Origin: an uncultured Candidatus Rokubacteria bacterium
Lineage (GTDB): Bacteria; Methylomirabilota; Methylomirabilia; Rokubacteriales; CSP1-6
NCBI GenBank assembly: GCA_963758635.1
Contig: CAVWWD010000003.1
Location: 896,001-960,000, forward strand
DNA: 64,000 nucleotides
Direction: 5' to 3'
Shown here: positions 10,196 through 20,023 of the stretch, piece by piece
Position numbering within the stretch: the stretch's first letter is position 1
Layout: each line of letters begins with the position of its first letter
Position numbers and translations under genes: made by a program
Notes under the pieces: generated by a model
What the model was told of the DNA's origin: nothing
Seen by the model: the letters and a program-made list of their open reading frames with translations, nothing else
The model's database searches: none

Positions 10196-10588
10196 ATGGC
10201 CCAGCTCCAGAAGTACGGCGCGCCCGGCGTCTTCGACCCGCCGGGCTACAGCCAGGCGATCAAGGTGACGGGCGCCCAGACGATCCTGTACCTCGCCGGC
10301 CAGGTGCCCTACGACGCCAGCGGCAATCCCGCGCACCCGGGCGACTTCACGGCCCAGGCCCGGGTGGTGTTCGGCGCCGTCAAGGCGCTGGTGGAGGCGG
10401 GGGGCGGCACGCTGGCCAACGTGGTGAAAATCACCACGTACGTGACGGACGCGCGCTACCGGCCGGAGTTCCGCGTGGTGCGCGACGAGTTCTTCGGGGT
10501 GCGGGGTCCGGCCTCCACGATGGTGCAGGTCGCCGCGCTCTCCCACCCCGACTACATGATCGAGATCGAAGCCGTCGCGATTGTCTGA
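10196..10588 (+). CDS. RidA/YjgF family protein
   Basis: YSQAI, YLAGQV, NVVKITTY, PASTMVQVAAL..P...IEIEAVA. Confidence 0.88.
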   Translation: MAQLQKYGAPGVFDPPGYSQAIKVTGAQTILYLAGQVPYDASGNPAHPGDFTAQARVVFGAVKALVEAGGGTLANVVKITTYVTDARYRPEFRVVRDEFFGVRGPASTMVQVAALSHPDYMIEIEAVAIV

Positions 10589-10589
10589 C

Positions 10590-10615
10590 GCGGGCACCCG
10601 GGCTTCGCCCGCCCG
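10590..10615 (+). repeat. 26-nt REP-like hairpin (family D), identical to 30456-30481
   Basis: GCGGGCACCCGGGCTTCGCCCGCCCG. Confidence 0.75.
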
Positions 10616-10618
10616 GCG

Positions 10619-11143
10619 TCAGCGCTCGAGCTCGGTGCCCAGCGCCTCGTTGACGCGGTTGGTGAAGTTGGCGGCGGCGATGACGAGCGTGAGCTGGGTC
10701 AGCCCTTCCGGCCCGAGCGCCTCCCGCAGCGCGGCCACCAGCGCGGCCTCCACCTGGACCTTCCGGGTCATCTCCTCCGCGTACCGGACGACGAGGCGCT
10801 CGAGCGGCGAGAAGAGCGGGCTCCGCGCGTAGTCCGGGAGCGCGTTGAACTTCTCCTTGGTCACGCCGGCCTGCTGACCGATGGCCATGTTGTGCGTGGT
10901 GCAGTACCAGCAGTGGTTGAGCTGCGAGACCTTCACGTAGGCGAGCTGCTTGAGCTTCGGATCGAGCGGCCCCTCGCTCAGGGTGGAATACCACGCGTGG
11001 AACGCCGGCAGCGACCGGGCGTGGTTGGCCATGATCTTGACGATGTTCAGGACCCGGCCGCTCGTCTCCTGCAGACGCTCGTATAGCGTCCGCACCTCGG
11101 CCGGGGCCTGGTCACGCTCGACGTAGGGTAGTCTCGCCGCCAT
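10619..11143 (-). CDS. Carboxymuconolactone decarboxylase / AhpD-like protein
   Basis: LKQLAYVKVSQLNHCWYCTTHN (CxxC); ANFTNRVN; GGAGGGAG RBS. Confidence 0.88.
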   Translation of the reverse strand: MAARLPYVERDQAPAEVRTLYERLQETSGRVLNIVKIMANHARSLPAFHAWYSTLSEGPLDPKLKQLAYVKVSQLNHCWYCTTHNMAIGQQAGVTKEKFNALPDYARSPLFSPLERLVVRYAEEMTRKVQVEAALVAALREALGPEGLTQLTLVIAAANFTNRVNEALGTELER

Positions 11144-11211
11144 CGCCGCATCTCCCTCCTGAAGGCCTCGGTACAACCTCGGGCTCGGGCGCGGGACGCA
11201 TCATAGCCGCG

Positions 11212-11712
11212 TCAGAGCAGCTTTTCCATGATCAGGGTGTCCACCCAGCGATCGTCCAGCCGGCCCATCTCCCGGTACACGCCCACCCGCTGGAACCCCA
11301 TGCGCTCGTACAGGGCCACGCCGGCCCCGTTCCACGGGAACGCGGACAGCACGAGCTTGTGGTAGCCGAGCGCGCGGCCGGCCTCGATCAGGCGCTCGAG
11401 GAGGCGGCGCCCCACGCCGCGGCCCCGCCACGCGCGCTCGACGTACACGGAAAAATCCGCCACGTGGTCATAGGCGGGACGGGGGTTGAACGAGTTGAGG
11501 CTGGCCCAGCCCACGACCGGCCCGTCGGCCACCGCGACGAGCACGGGATGGCGCGGGCCCCGGGCGGCCAGCCACGCTCGGCGCTCGTCGGGCGTGCGGA
11601 GCTCAGTCTCGAGCGTGGCGATCCGGTCCTCGATGCCCTGGTTGTAGATCTCGCAGATCGCCGCGGCGTCCGCCGCGACGGCGTCACGGACCACGAGGTC
11701 GGTCTTCGACAT
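11212..11712 (-). CDS. GNAT N-acetyltransferase (phosphinothricin/MnaT/ArsN1-like)
   Basis: IYNQGIEDRIATLET, SVYVERAWRGRGVG, N..GVALYERMGF. Confidence 0.85.
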   Translation of the reverse strand: MSKTDLVVRDAVAADAAAICEIYNQGIEDRIATLETELRTPDERRAWLAARGPRHPVLVAVADGPVVGWASLNSFNPRPAYDHVADFSVYVERAWRGRGVGRRLLERLIEAGRALGYHKLVLSAFPWNGAGVALYERMGFQRVGVYREMGRLDDRWVDTLIMEKLL

Positions 11713-11832
11713 GAGCCGCTGCGCCTCCACGGTGAGATGCTCCGGTATAATGCCAGCCGTGCTCGACGGCAAGCCTTCACTCATGCGACGCGCAAGGAGT
11801 TCGTCCGACCCGGCCGCCCCGCTGGTGCCCCG

Positions 11833-12825
11833 ATGAAGCCCCTCGTGGTGGTCGGCGGGGCCATCCACGCCGACGGGATCGCGCTGCTCGAGACCGAGGC
11901 CCGCGTGACCGTGATCGATCGGGCCACCGAGGCGCAGATGATCGGGGTGGCCAGGGACGCCGCGGGCATCCTGTTCATCCTCGAGCCCCCGTGCACCCGC
12001 TCGCTGATGGCCGCGTGCCCGTCGCTCCGGGTCGTGGGGCGTCATGGGGTGGGCCTCGACACCGTGGACCTGCCCGCCGCCACCGACCTCGGCATCGCCG
12101 TGGTCCACGCGCCGGGGTCGAACTCCGACTCGGTGGCCGAGCACGCCATGATGCTCATCCTGGGCGCGGTGAAGAACGTGGTGGTGGTGGACCGGCTCAC
12201 CCGGAAGTCCGACTGGTCGGAGGCCCGCTGGCGGGGCAACTTCGAGGTCCGGGGCAAGACCCTCGGCATCGTCGGCGTGGGGAACATCGGCCGCCGGGTC
12301 GCGCGCATGGCCGCGGCCTTCGGCATGCGGGTGATCGGCTACGATCCCTACCTGCCCGCCGCCGAGCTCGCCGCCCGCGGCGCCGAGCCGATGGCGAGCC
12401 TGGCCGCCCTCCTCGGCCAGGCCGACGTGATCACGTGCCACACGCCGCACACGCCCGAGACCCACCACATGATCGACGCCACCGCGGTGCAGCGGATGAA
12501 GGACGGCGTGGTCTTCGTCAACACCTCCCGCGGCAAGGTGCAGGACGAGGCGGCGCTCCTCGCCGGCCTCAAGAGCGGCAAGATCGCGCGCGCGGGGCTC
12601 GACGTGTTCGAGGAGGAGCCGATCTCGTCGGACAGCGAGCTCCTCCACCAGGACAACGTGATCGTCACCTCGCACCTGGCCGGCGTGACCGGCGAGAGCA
12701 TGCGCGGGATGGCGCTCCAGGTCACGGGGGAGATGCTGCGCCTGCTGCGGGGCGAGCGTCCCCACGTGGTGGCGAACGCGGACGTGCTCGCCACGCTGAC
12801 CCACCTCGTGCCCCCCACGCGATGA
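11833..12825 (+). CDS. D-isomer-specific 2-hydroxyacid dehydrogenase (SerA-like)
   Basis: GVGLDTVD, SVAEH, GIVGVGNIG, NTSRG, LDVFEEEP, HLAG. Confidence 0.92.
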   Translation: MKPLVVVGGAIHADGIALLETEARVTVIDRATEAQMIGVARDAAGILFILEPPCTRSLMAACPSLRVVGRHGVGLDTVDLPAATDLGIAVVHAPGSNSDSVAEHAMMLILGAVKNVVVVDRLTRKSDWSEARWRGNFEVRGKTLGIVGVGNIGRRVARMAAAFGMRVIGYDPYLPAAELAARGAEPMASLAALLGQADVITCHTPHTPETHHMIDATAVQRMKDGVVFVNTSRGKVQDEAALLAGLKSGKIARAGLDVFEEEPISSDSELLHQDNVIVTSHLAGVTGESMRGMALQVTGEMLRLLRGERPHVVANADVLATLTHLVPPTR

Positions 12826-12846
12826 GGTCGCACATGAGTGACGAGC

Positions 12847-12920
12847 CGGCGCTGCGCGTGGACGCGGAATCGCGGTATCGGCCCGCATGGCGAAGTCGAA
12901 TTCCGGAGTCCTTCACACCC
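12847..12920 (+). repeat. Dispersed repeat family B copy
   Basis: CCCGCATGGCGAAGTCGAA...CCTTCACA shared with 28624-28717. Confidence 0.7.
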
Positions 12921-12937
12921 TCGACGAGGAGTCCGCG

Positions 12938-13726
12938 ATGCCGATAGATCCTCGCCATCCCAAGGAGATCCGCGCCGACATCCGCCGGGGCGCGCTCACC
13001 GGCGTCACCGCCGGCCTCGCCCCCGGGTTCGTGCAGGCGAACCTCGCGATCCTCCCGAGGGACGCGGCGTACGATTTCCTCCTCTTCTGCCAGCGGAACC
13101 CGCGTCCCTGTCCCCTGATCGAGGTGACCGACGTGGGCTCGCCGGAGCCGGTGGGCGTCGCCCCGGGGGCCGACCTGCGCACGGACCTGCCGAAGTACCG
13201 CATCTACAAGGACGGCGTCCTCGCCGACGAGGTCACCGACCTCACGCCGTTCTGGCGCGACGACCTCGTGTCGTTCCTCCTCGGCTGCTCGTTCACGTTC
13301 GAGTGGGCGCTGCTCGACGCCGGCATCCCGCTGCGCCACATCGACACGGGCAAGAACGTGGCGATGTGGAAGACGTCCATCGACTGCCGGCCCGCCGGCC
13401 GCTTTCACGGGCCGATGGTCGTGTCCATGCGCCCCATCCCGCAGGCGATGCTGCCCAAGGCGGTGACGGCCTCCGCGCGCTTCCCGGGCGCCCACGGCGC
13501 GCCCATCCACATGGGCGACCCGGCCGCGATCGGCATCGCCGACGTGGACCGGCCGGACTGGGGCGACTCGGTCGGCGTGCGCGCCGGCGAGGTTCCCGTG
13601 TTCTGGGCCTGCGGCGTGACCCCGCAGGCGGTGGCGCTGGCGTCGAAGCCGTCGTTCATGATGACCCACAGCCCCGGCCACATGTTCATCACCGATGTCC
13701 CGAACCACGCGCTGTCGGTGATGTGA
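12938..13726 (+). CDS. DUF1445 / YcsI putative hydro-lyase (D-glutamate cyclase-like)
   Basis: GFVQANL, FCQRNPRPCP, GCSFTFE, PVFWACGVTPQ, THSPGHMFITD. Confidence 0.9.
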   Translation: MPIDPRHPKEIRADIRRGALTGVTAGLAPGFVQANLAILPRDAAYDFLLFCQRNPRPCPLIEVTDVGSPEPVGVAPGADLRTDLPKYRIYKDGVLADEVTDLTPFWRDDLVSFLLGCSFTFEWALLDAGIPLRHIDTGKNVAMWKTSIDCRPAGRFHGPMVVSMRPIPQAMLPKAVTASARFPGAHGAPIHMGDPAAIGIADVDRPDWGDSVGVRAGEVPVFWACGVTPQAVALASKPSFMMTHSPGHMFITDVPNHALSVM

Positions 13727-13777
13727 CATGGGCAACGCGCAGCGGTTCTCCGTTCCCGCCTGAGCGGGCCAACCGCC

Positions 13778-14539
13778 GTGGGCCTCTACGCCGAGCCGCG
13801 CCTGGCCCCGTGCGGCGACCTCGCCGTGGCCGTGGAGCTGGGCGACGAGATCAGCCGCGAGGTCAACGAGCGCGTCCTCGCCCTCGACTCGTTGATCGCC
13901 ACGCGGGCCGTCCCCGGCATCGTCGAGACCGTCCCGAGCTTCCGCTCGCTCCTGGTCTACTACGAGCCGCGGGTCGTGTCGCACCAGGCCTTGGCCGCCA
14001 CGCTCCGCGCCCTCGCCGCGGAGGCGGGCGCGGCGCCGCCGGCGGCGGCGCGGACGGTCGAGCTCCCGTGCTGCTACGGCGGCGAGCTGGGCTTCGAGCT
14101 GGCCGCGGCGGCCAGGCGCCTGGGCCTCGCCGAGGACGAGGTGGCCCGCCTGCACGCGACGGCCGACTACCACGTCTACTTCGTGGGGTTCACGCCGGGG
14201 CTCCCGTACCTGGCGGGCATGCCCGACGCGCTGGCGATCCCGCGGCTCGAGACCCCGCGCACCCGCACGCCTCCGGGCAGCGTGTCCATCGGCGGCTCGC
14301 AGTGCTGCATCTACTCGGTGGAGAGCCCGGGCGGGTTCTGGGTGCTCGGGCGGACGCCGCTGCGGCTCTACGACCCGCGTGCCGCCGACCCGATCCTGCT
14401 CCGCGCGGGGGACCGCGTGCGCTTCCGCGCGATCGATCGAGCGGAGTTCGACGCGATCGCCGCCGCCGTGGCCGCGGGCGAGTTCCGGCCCCTCATTGGG
14501 GCGACCCCAGGAGAGACCCGGGGGGAGGCCCGGCCCTGA
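13778..14539 (+). CDS. pxpB: 5-oxoprolinase subunit B (KipI-like)
   Basis: VPSFRSLLVYY, GFTPGLPYL, PPGSVSIGG.Q..IY..ESPGGFWVLGRTP. Confidence 0.88.
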   Translation: MGLYAEPRLAPCGDLAVAVELGDEISREVNERVLALDSLIATRAVPGIVETVPSFRSLLVYYEPRVVSHQALAATLRALAAEAGAAPPAAARTVELPCCYGGELGFELAAAARRLGLAEDEVARLHATADYHVYFVGFTPGLPYLAGMPDALAIPRLETPRTRTPPGSVSIGGSQCCIYSVESPGGFWVLGRTPLRLYDPRAADPILLRAGDRVRFRAIDRAEFDAIAAAVAAGEFRPLIGATPGETRGEARP

Positions 14540-15480
14540 GCGAGGCGCGCGTGGTCGTGCGGGAGGCCGGGCCTCTCACCACGGTGCAGGATCTCGGGCG
14601 GCTCGGCCACCTCCGTGTCGGCATCCCGCCCTCGGGTCCGGTGGACCGCGCGGCCTTCCTCCTCGCCAACCGTCTCGTGGGGAATCCCGACGGTGCCGGC
14701 GGCCTCGAGTGCACGCTGGTCGGCCCGCGGCTCGAGTTCGCGGACGACCGCGTGGTCGCGGTGACGGGCGCGGAGATGCCGGTCAGCCTGAACGGAACGG
14801 AGGCGCCGCGCTGGACGTCGGTCGCGGTGCGGGCGGGCGACGTCCTGCGTCTCGGCCCCGCGCGCGCGGGCGCGCGCGCGTACGTCGCCGTGTCGGGCGG
14901 GATCCAGACGCCGCTGGCCCTCGGCTCGCGCTCGACCTACGTGCGCGGGCAGCTGGGCGGCCTCGACGGCCGGGCTCTGCGCACTGGTGATACCCTGCCC
15001 CTGGGCCCGGCGGGCGTGAGCCGGCCGTCGCGCGTGCGGCGCGACCGCATCCCCGACTACGCAGCGCCGCTCGAAGCGCGGGTGGTGCTGGGACCCCAGG
15101 ACGACCGCTTCACGGCGGCGGGCATCGCCGCCTTTCTCGATGGCGTGTACGAGATGCTGCCGCAATCGGACCGCATGGGCGCCCGCTTCCGCGGGCCGCG
15201 CATCGAGCACGCGCGCGGCCACGACATCATGTCCGACGGCATCGCGCTCGGCGGCATCCAGGTGGTGGGCGACGGCCAGCCCATCGTGCTCCTCGTGGAC
15301 CGGCAGTCGACCGGCGGCTACACGAAGATCGCCACCGTCTGCTCCTTCGACGTCGACCGCGTCGGGCAGCTCAAGCCCGGCCAGCCGATCCGCTTCCGGC
15401 GGATCGGCGTCGCCGACGCCCACGCCCTCCTCGCCGCCCGTCGCCGCGACCTGGACGACGCGATGGAGCCGGCGGAGTGA
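14536..15480 (+). CDS. pxpC: 5-oxoprolinase subunit C (KipA-like); CTG start coupled to pxpB stop, or GTG 14551
   Basis: TTVQDLGR, ANRLVGN, SDRMG, QSTGGYTKI. Confidence 0.88.
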   Translation: MSEARVVVREAGPLTTVQDLGRLGHLRVGIPPSGPVDRAAFLLANRLVGNPDGAGGLECTLVGPRLEFADDRVVAVTGAEMPVSLNGTEAPRWTSVAVRAGDVLRLGPARAGARAYVAVSGGIQTPLALGSRSTYVRGQLGGLDGRALRTGDTLPLGPAGVSRPSRVRRDRIPDYAAPLEARVVLGPQDDRFTAAGIAAFLDGVYEMLPQSDRMGARFRGPRIEHARGHDIMSDGIALGGIQVVGDGQPIVLLVDRQSTGGYTKIATVCSFDVDRVGQLKPGQPIRFRRIGVADAHALLAARRRDLDDAMEPAE

Positions 15481-15538
15481 CGGGTCGCGCGGGGCCACCG
15501 TCGCGGCCGGACCGGCGAGGGAAGGGAAGCGGCGCGGC

Positions 15539-16369
15539 ATGACCCGGCGGCTCGTGATCTGGCTGGCTCTCGGCGCCATCGTCGCGGGATGCGCGCCGGC
15601 GGCCGGGCCCGCGCTCGTGCGTGTCGAGCGCATGACCGCGCCCCCGCTGCCCGCCGACCCGAGCGACGAGCGCCTGCTGTCCACGGTGTCGTGGGCCCTC
15701 ACCCAGCGCCTCGGCCTGCCGCTGTCGCTGCCCGTGCACGTGCACTTCTACCCGAGCCAGGCCGAGTTCGAGCGCGCCCTCACCGCGGAGGCCCGCAGCG
15801 ACAACCCGCTCGTCAAGGACCAGGCGCGCTACGCCACCGGCGTGGGCACGGCGAACGGCATCCACCTGCGCGGCGACCGGCTCGCGTCCGTTCCCCTCGA
15901 GGTCCGCGTGGCGCTCTTCGCCCACGAGCTCACCCACGTGAGCCAGTACGAGCTGGCGGGCGGCCGGCGGGCCACGTCGGAGCAGTGGCTGCGCGAGGGC
16001 TTCGCCGACTGGGTGCAGTTCCGCGCCACGGATCTCCTGTCCATCCGTCCCTACGCGGAGTCGCGGCGGCGCGTGGTCGAGTTCGTGCGACGCGGCGGCC
16101 CGGCGGACCGCTTCCCCTCTCTCGGCCTGCTCGTCAGCAACCGGCAGTGGATCCTCGCCCGCACCGAGCTGGGGAGCGCCGCCACCTACGGCCAGGCGTT
16201 CCTCGCCACGGACTGGCTCATCGAGCGCCACGGCAGCGACCGCGTCGTGGAGTACTTCCGGCGATTCGCCTCGGTGGACGATCGCGCGAGGAACTTCCGG
16301 GCGGCGTTCGGTCGTCCGCCCGGGGAGTTCGCCCAGGAGTTCCGGGCGCGCCTCGCCTCGCTGCTCTGA
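15539..16369 (+). CDS. Lipoprotein with zinc-peptidase (HExxH, MA-like) motif
   Basis: Lipobox IVAGC; AHELTHV followed by W.REG.A.W. Confidence 0.65.
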   Translation: MTRRLVIWLALGAIVAGCAPAAGPALVRVERMTAPPLPADPSDERLLSTVSWALTQRLGLPLSLPVHVHFYPSQAEFERALTAEARSDNPLVKDQARYATGVGTANGIHLRGDRLASVPLEVRVALFAHELTHVSQYELAGGRRATSEQWLREGFADWVQFRATDLLSIRPYAESRRRVVEFVRRGGPADRFPSLGLLVSNRQWILARTELGSAATYGQAFLATDWLIERHGSDRVVEYFRRFASVDDRARNFRAAFGRPPGEFAQEFRARLASLL

Positions 16370-16409
16370 TGGGTATCGTCCGCGCCGTCACGCGCGTGCG
16401 CCGGCCACC

Positions 16410-17114
16410 GTGCCGACGATCCTGACCCACGCGGTGGTTGCGGTCGGGCTGGCACGGCTCCTGCCAAAGCCGTTGCCCGTGGCCGCGTCGCTCCTGGGCG
16501 CCGGCGTGGCGATCCTGCCCGACGTGGACGTCCTCGCCTGGCCCCTCGGCCTCGCCCGCGACTCCGCGTGGGCGCACCGGGGCCTCACGCATTCGCTTCC
16601 CGCCGCCGCGGTGACGGCGGCCGCGCTGGCGCTCGCGGCGCGGCGGTGGATCGGCGTCGGGACGCCGCTCCTCGCCGCGTACCTCCTGGCCGCGATGGCC
16701 TCCCACGGCCTGCTCGACGCCGCCACCAACGGCGGCTGGGGCGTGGCCTTCTGGGCGCCCTTCGACATGGAGCGCCACTTCTTCACGTGGCGTCCCGTGG
16801 AGGTGTCGCCGGTCGGGTGGAGCTTCGTCGGCCGCCGGGGCCTCGCGGTGCTGTGGAGCGAGCTCCGGTGGATCTGGCTCCCTCTCGCCGCCGTGATCAC
16901 GACCGTGGAGGTCGTGCGAAGCGAGCCGAAGGCAGTGGCAGTGCGCAGCGAGCCGAAGGCGAGTGGCAGTGCGAAGCGAGCCGAAGGCGAGCGGAGCGAA
17001 CAAGGAAATGCCGTGGAAACAACCGCCGACCGACAACCGCTGACCGACCACCGCCGACGGACCGCACCTGACCGCGGGCGCGCGCGGATTGCGGCCTCCG
17101 AAGGGCTCGATTAA
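16410..17114 (+). CDS. YdjM-like inner-membrane metal-dependent hydrolase with repeat-derived C-terminal tail
   Basis: LPDVD, HRGLTHS, SHGLLDA.TNGG.GV, WRPVEVSP; the last ~65 codons run through repeats. Confidence 0.82.
   Translation: MPTILTHAVVAVGLARLLPKPLPVAASLLGAGVAILPDVDVLAWPLGLARDSAWAHRGLTHSLPAAAVTAAALALAARRWIGVGTPLLAAYLLAAMASHGLLDAATNGGWGVAFWAPFDMERHFFTWRPVEVSPVGWSFVGRRGLAVLWSELRWIWLPLAAVITTVEVVRSEPKAVAVRSEPKASGSAKRAEGERSEQGNAVETTADRQPLTDHRRRTAPDRGRARIAASEGLD
16914..17027 (+). repeat. Dispersed repeat family A, copy 2 (three 27-28 nt units plus tail)
   Basis: GTGCG(A/C)AGCGAGCCGAAGGC at 16914, 16941 and 16969, then GGAAATGCCGTGGAAACAACCGCC. Confidence 0.85.
17022..17074 (+). repeat. 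Degenerate heptamer tandem repeat (ACCGNNN)n
   Basis: ACCGCCG ACCGACA ACCGCTG ACCGACC ACCGCCG ACGGACC GCACCTG ACCG. Confidence 0.65.
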
Positions 17115-17140
17115 GATGTGTGGGGCCTTCCAAGGACTCG

Positions 17141-18259
<1,119 letters not shown>

Positions 18260-18270
18260 GAGCGCATCCG

Positions 18271-18663
18271 ATGGCGAACGTTCCGGCCGACCTGCGGTAC
18301 ACCCGCGAGCACGAGTGGGCGAAGGTGGAGGGTGACCGCGCCCGCATCGGGATCACCGACTTCGCGCAGAAGGAGCTCGGCGACGTGGTCTTCGTCGAGC
18401 TGCCCAAGGTGGGCGCGAAGGTCACCGCCCTGACGACGTTCGGGGTGGTGGAGTCGGTGAAGGCCGTCTCCGATCTCTACGCGCCGCTCTCCGGCGAGAT
18501 CGCGGAGGTCAACGCGGATCTCGCCAAGACCCCGGAGCTGGTCAACAGCGACCCCTACGGGGCGGGCTGGATGGTCGTGGTCACGCTCTCGAAGCCGGCG
18601 GAGACGGGCGAGCTGATGACCGCCGACGCCTACCGCCAGCTCATCGAAGGCGCGGGGCACTGA
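18271..18663 (+). CDS. gcvH: Glycine cleavage system H protein
   Basis: [19 protein letters not shown] lipoyl-Lys, NSDPYGAGW. Confidence 0.97.
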   Translation: MANVPADLRYTREHEWAKVEGDRARIGITDFAQKELGDVVFVELPKVGAKVTALTTFGVVESVKAVSDLYAPLSGEIAEVNADLAKTPELVNSDPYGAGWMVVVTLSKPAETGELMTADAYRQLIEGAGH

Positions 18664-18676
18664 GGGGCTCACTCGC

Positions 18677-20020
18677 GTGCGCTACATCTCGAACACCCCG
18701 GCCCAGCAGCGCGAGATGCTCGCCACGATCGGGGCGGCGAGCATCGAGGACCTGCTCGCGGCGATCCCGCCGAAGGCCCGGCTGTCGCGGCCGCTGGCCC
18801 TGCCCGCGGCGATGGCCGAGACCGACCTCGTGCGCCACCTCCGCGCGCTCGCCGGGAAGAACGCCGACGCGAACGACCACGCGTGCTTCCTGGGCGCCGG
18901 CGCCTACGACCACGCGGCGCCGAGCCCCATCGACCACCTCGTCCTGCGCGGCGAGTTCTTCACCGCGTACACGCCGTACCAGCCGGAGGCGAGCCAGGGC
19001 ACGCTCCGCACCATCTTCGAGTACCAGACCATGATGGCGGAGCTGACGGGCATGGACGTGGCCAACGCGTCCCTCTACGACGCGGCGTCGTCCCTGGCCG
19101 AGGCCGCCCTCATGGCGCACTCGGCGACGGGGCGCGGCGAGGTGGCGCTGTCCCGCGGAGTGAATCCGCTCTACCGCCAGGTCGTCGAGACGTACGGCGA
19201 GGGGCCCGCGCTCCGCGTGCGAACCGTCCCCATCGGCGACGGCGTCACCGACCTCGAGGCGCTCGCGAAGGTCGTCTCCGAGCGGACCGCCGCCGTCGTC
19301 GTCCAGTACCCGAACTTCTTCGGCTGCCTCGAGGACGTGCGCGCGGCGGGGGAGATCGCCCACGCCGCCGGCGCGCTCCTCGTGGTCGTCGCGGACCCCG
19401 TGAACCTCGGCCTGCTCACCCCGCCCGGCGCCTTCGGCGCCGACATCGTCGTGGGCGAGGGGCAGGGGCTGGGCGTGCCGCTGTCCTTCGGCGGGCCGTA
19501 CCTGGGCGTCTTCGCCGCGCGGCAGGAGCTGGTCCGGCGCATGCCCGGCCGCCTCGTCGGCGCCACCGTGGACCGCGACGGGCAGCGCGGCTTCGTGCTC
19601 ACGCTGCAGACCCGCGAGCAGCACATCCGGCGCGACAAGGCCACCTCGAACATCTGCACGAACGTGGCGCTCTGCGCGCTGATGGCCACGATCTACGTGG
19701 CCATCCTCGGCAAGCAGGGGCTCCGGCGCGTCGGCGAGCTGTCCCTCGCCAAGGCCCACTACGCGGCCGGGGAGCTCGCGCGCATCCCCGGCGTGCGGCT
19801 CCGCTACGGCGCGCCGTTCTTCAAGGAGTTCACGCTGGACCTGCCGAAGGCGCCCGAGCGTGTGGCCAAGCGTCTGCTCCGCGACCGCATCCTCGCCGGC
19901 GTGCCCCTGAAGGCGTTCGACCGCACGCTCAAGAGCGCGCTCCTCGTGGCCGTGACCGAGCGGCGCACGCGCGAGGAGATCGACGCCCTCGTCGCGGGCG
20001 TCGGCCGCGCGGTGGCCTGA
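18677..20020 (+). CDS. gcvPA: Glycine dehydrogenase subunit 1
   Basis: FLGAGAY, TAYTPYQPEASQG, TREQHIRRDKATSNICTN. Confidence 0.96.
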   Translation: MRYISNTPAQQREMLATIGAASIEDLLAAIPPKARLSRPLALPAAMAETDLVRHLRALAGKNADANDHACFLGAGAYDHAAPSPIDHLVLRGEFFTAYTPYQPEASQGTLRTIFEYQTMMAELTGMDVANASLYDAASSLAEAALMAHSATGRGEVALSRGVNPLYRQVVETYGEGPALRVRTVPIGDGVTDLEALAKVVSERTAAVVVQYPNFFGCLEDVRAAGEIAHAAGALLVVVADPVNLGLLTPPGAFGADIVVGEGQGLGVPLSFGGPYLGVFAARQELVRRMPGRLVGATVDRDGQRGFVLTLQTREQHIRRDKATSNICTNVALCALMATIYVAILGKQGLRRVGELSLAKAHYAAGELARIPGVRLRYGAPFFKEFTLDLPKAPERVAKRLLRDRILAGVPLKAFDRTLKSALLVAVTERRTREEIDALVAGVGRAVA

Positions 20021-20023
20021 GCC

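Noticed and set aside
10619..11143. AhpD-like protein as a third selenoprotein
   Set aside because: Its CWYC motif uses ordinary Cys codons and the frame is uninterrupted.
16914..16990. Mini-CRISPR
   Set aside because: The units are contiguous, with 5-6 nt near-identical linkers and no unique spacers.
16914..17140. Glycine riboswitch upstream of gcvT
   Set aside because: The GCCGAAGGC motifs belong to repeat family A, found at unrelated loci; no GGAGA...CTCAGG aptamer core was seen.
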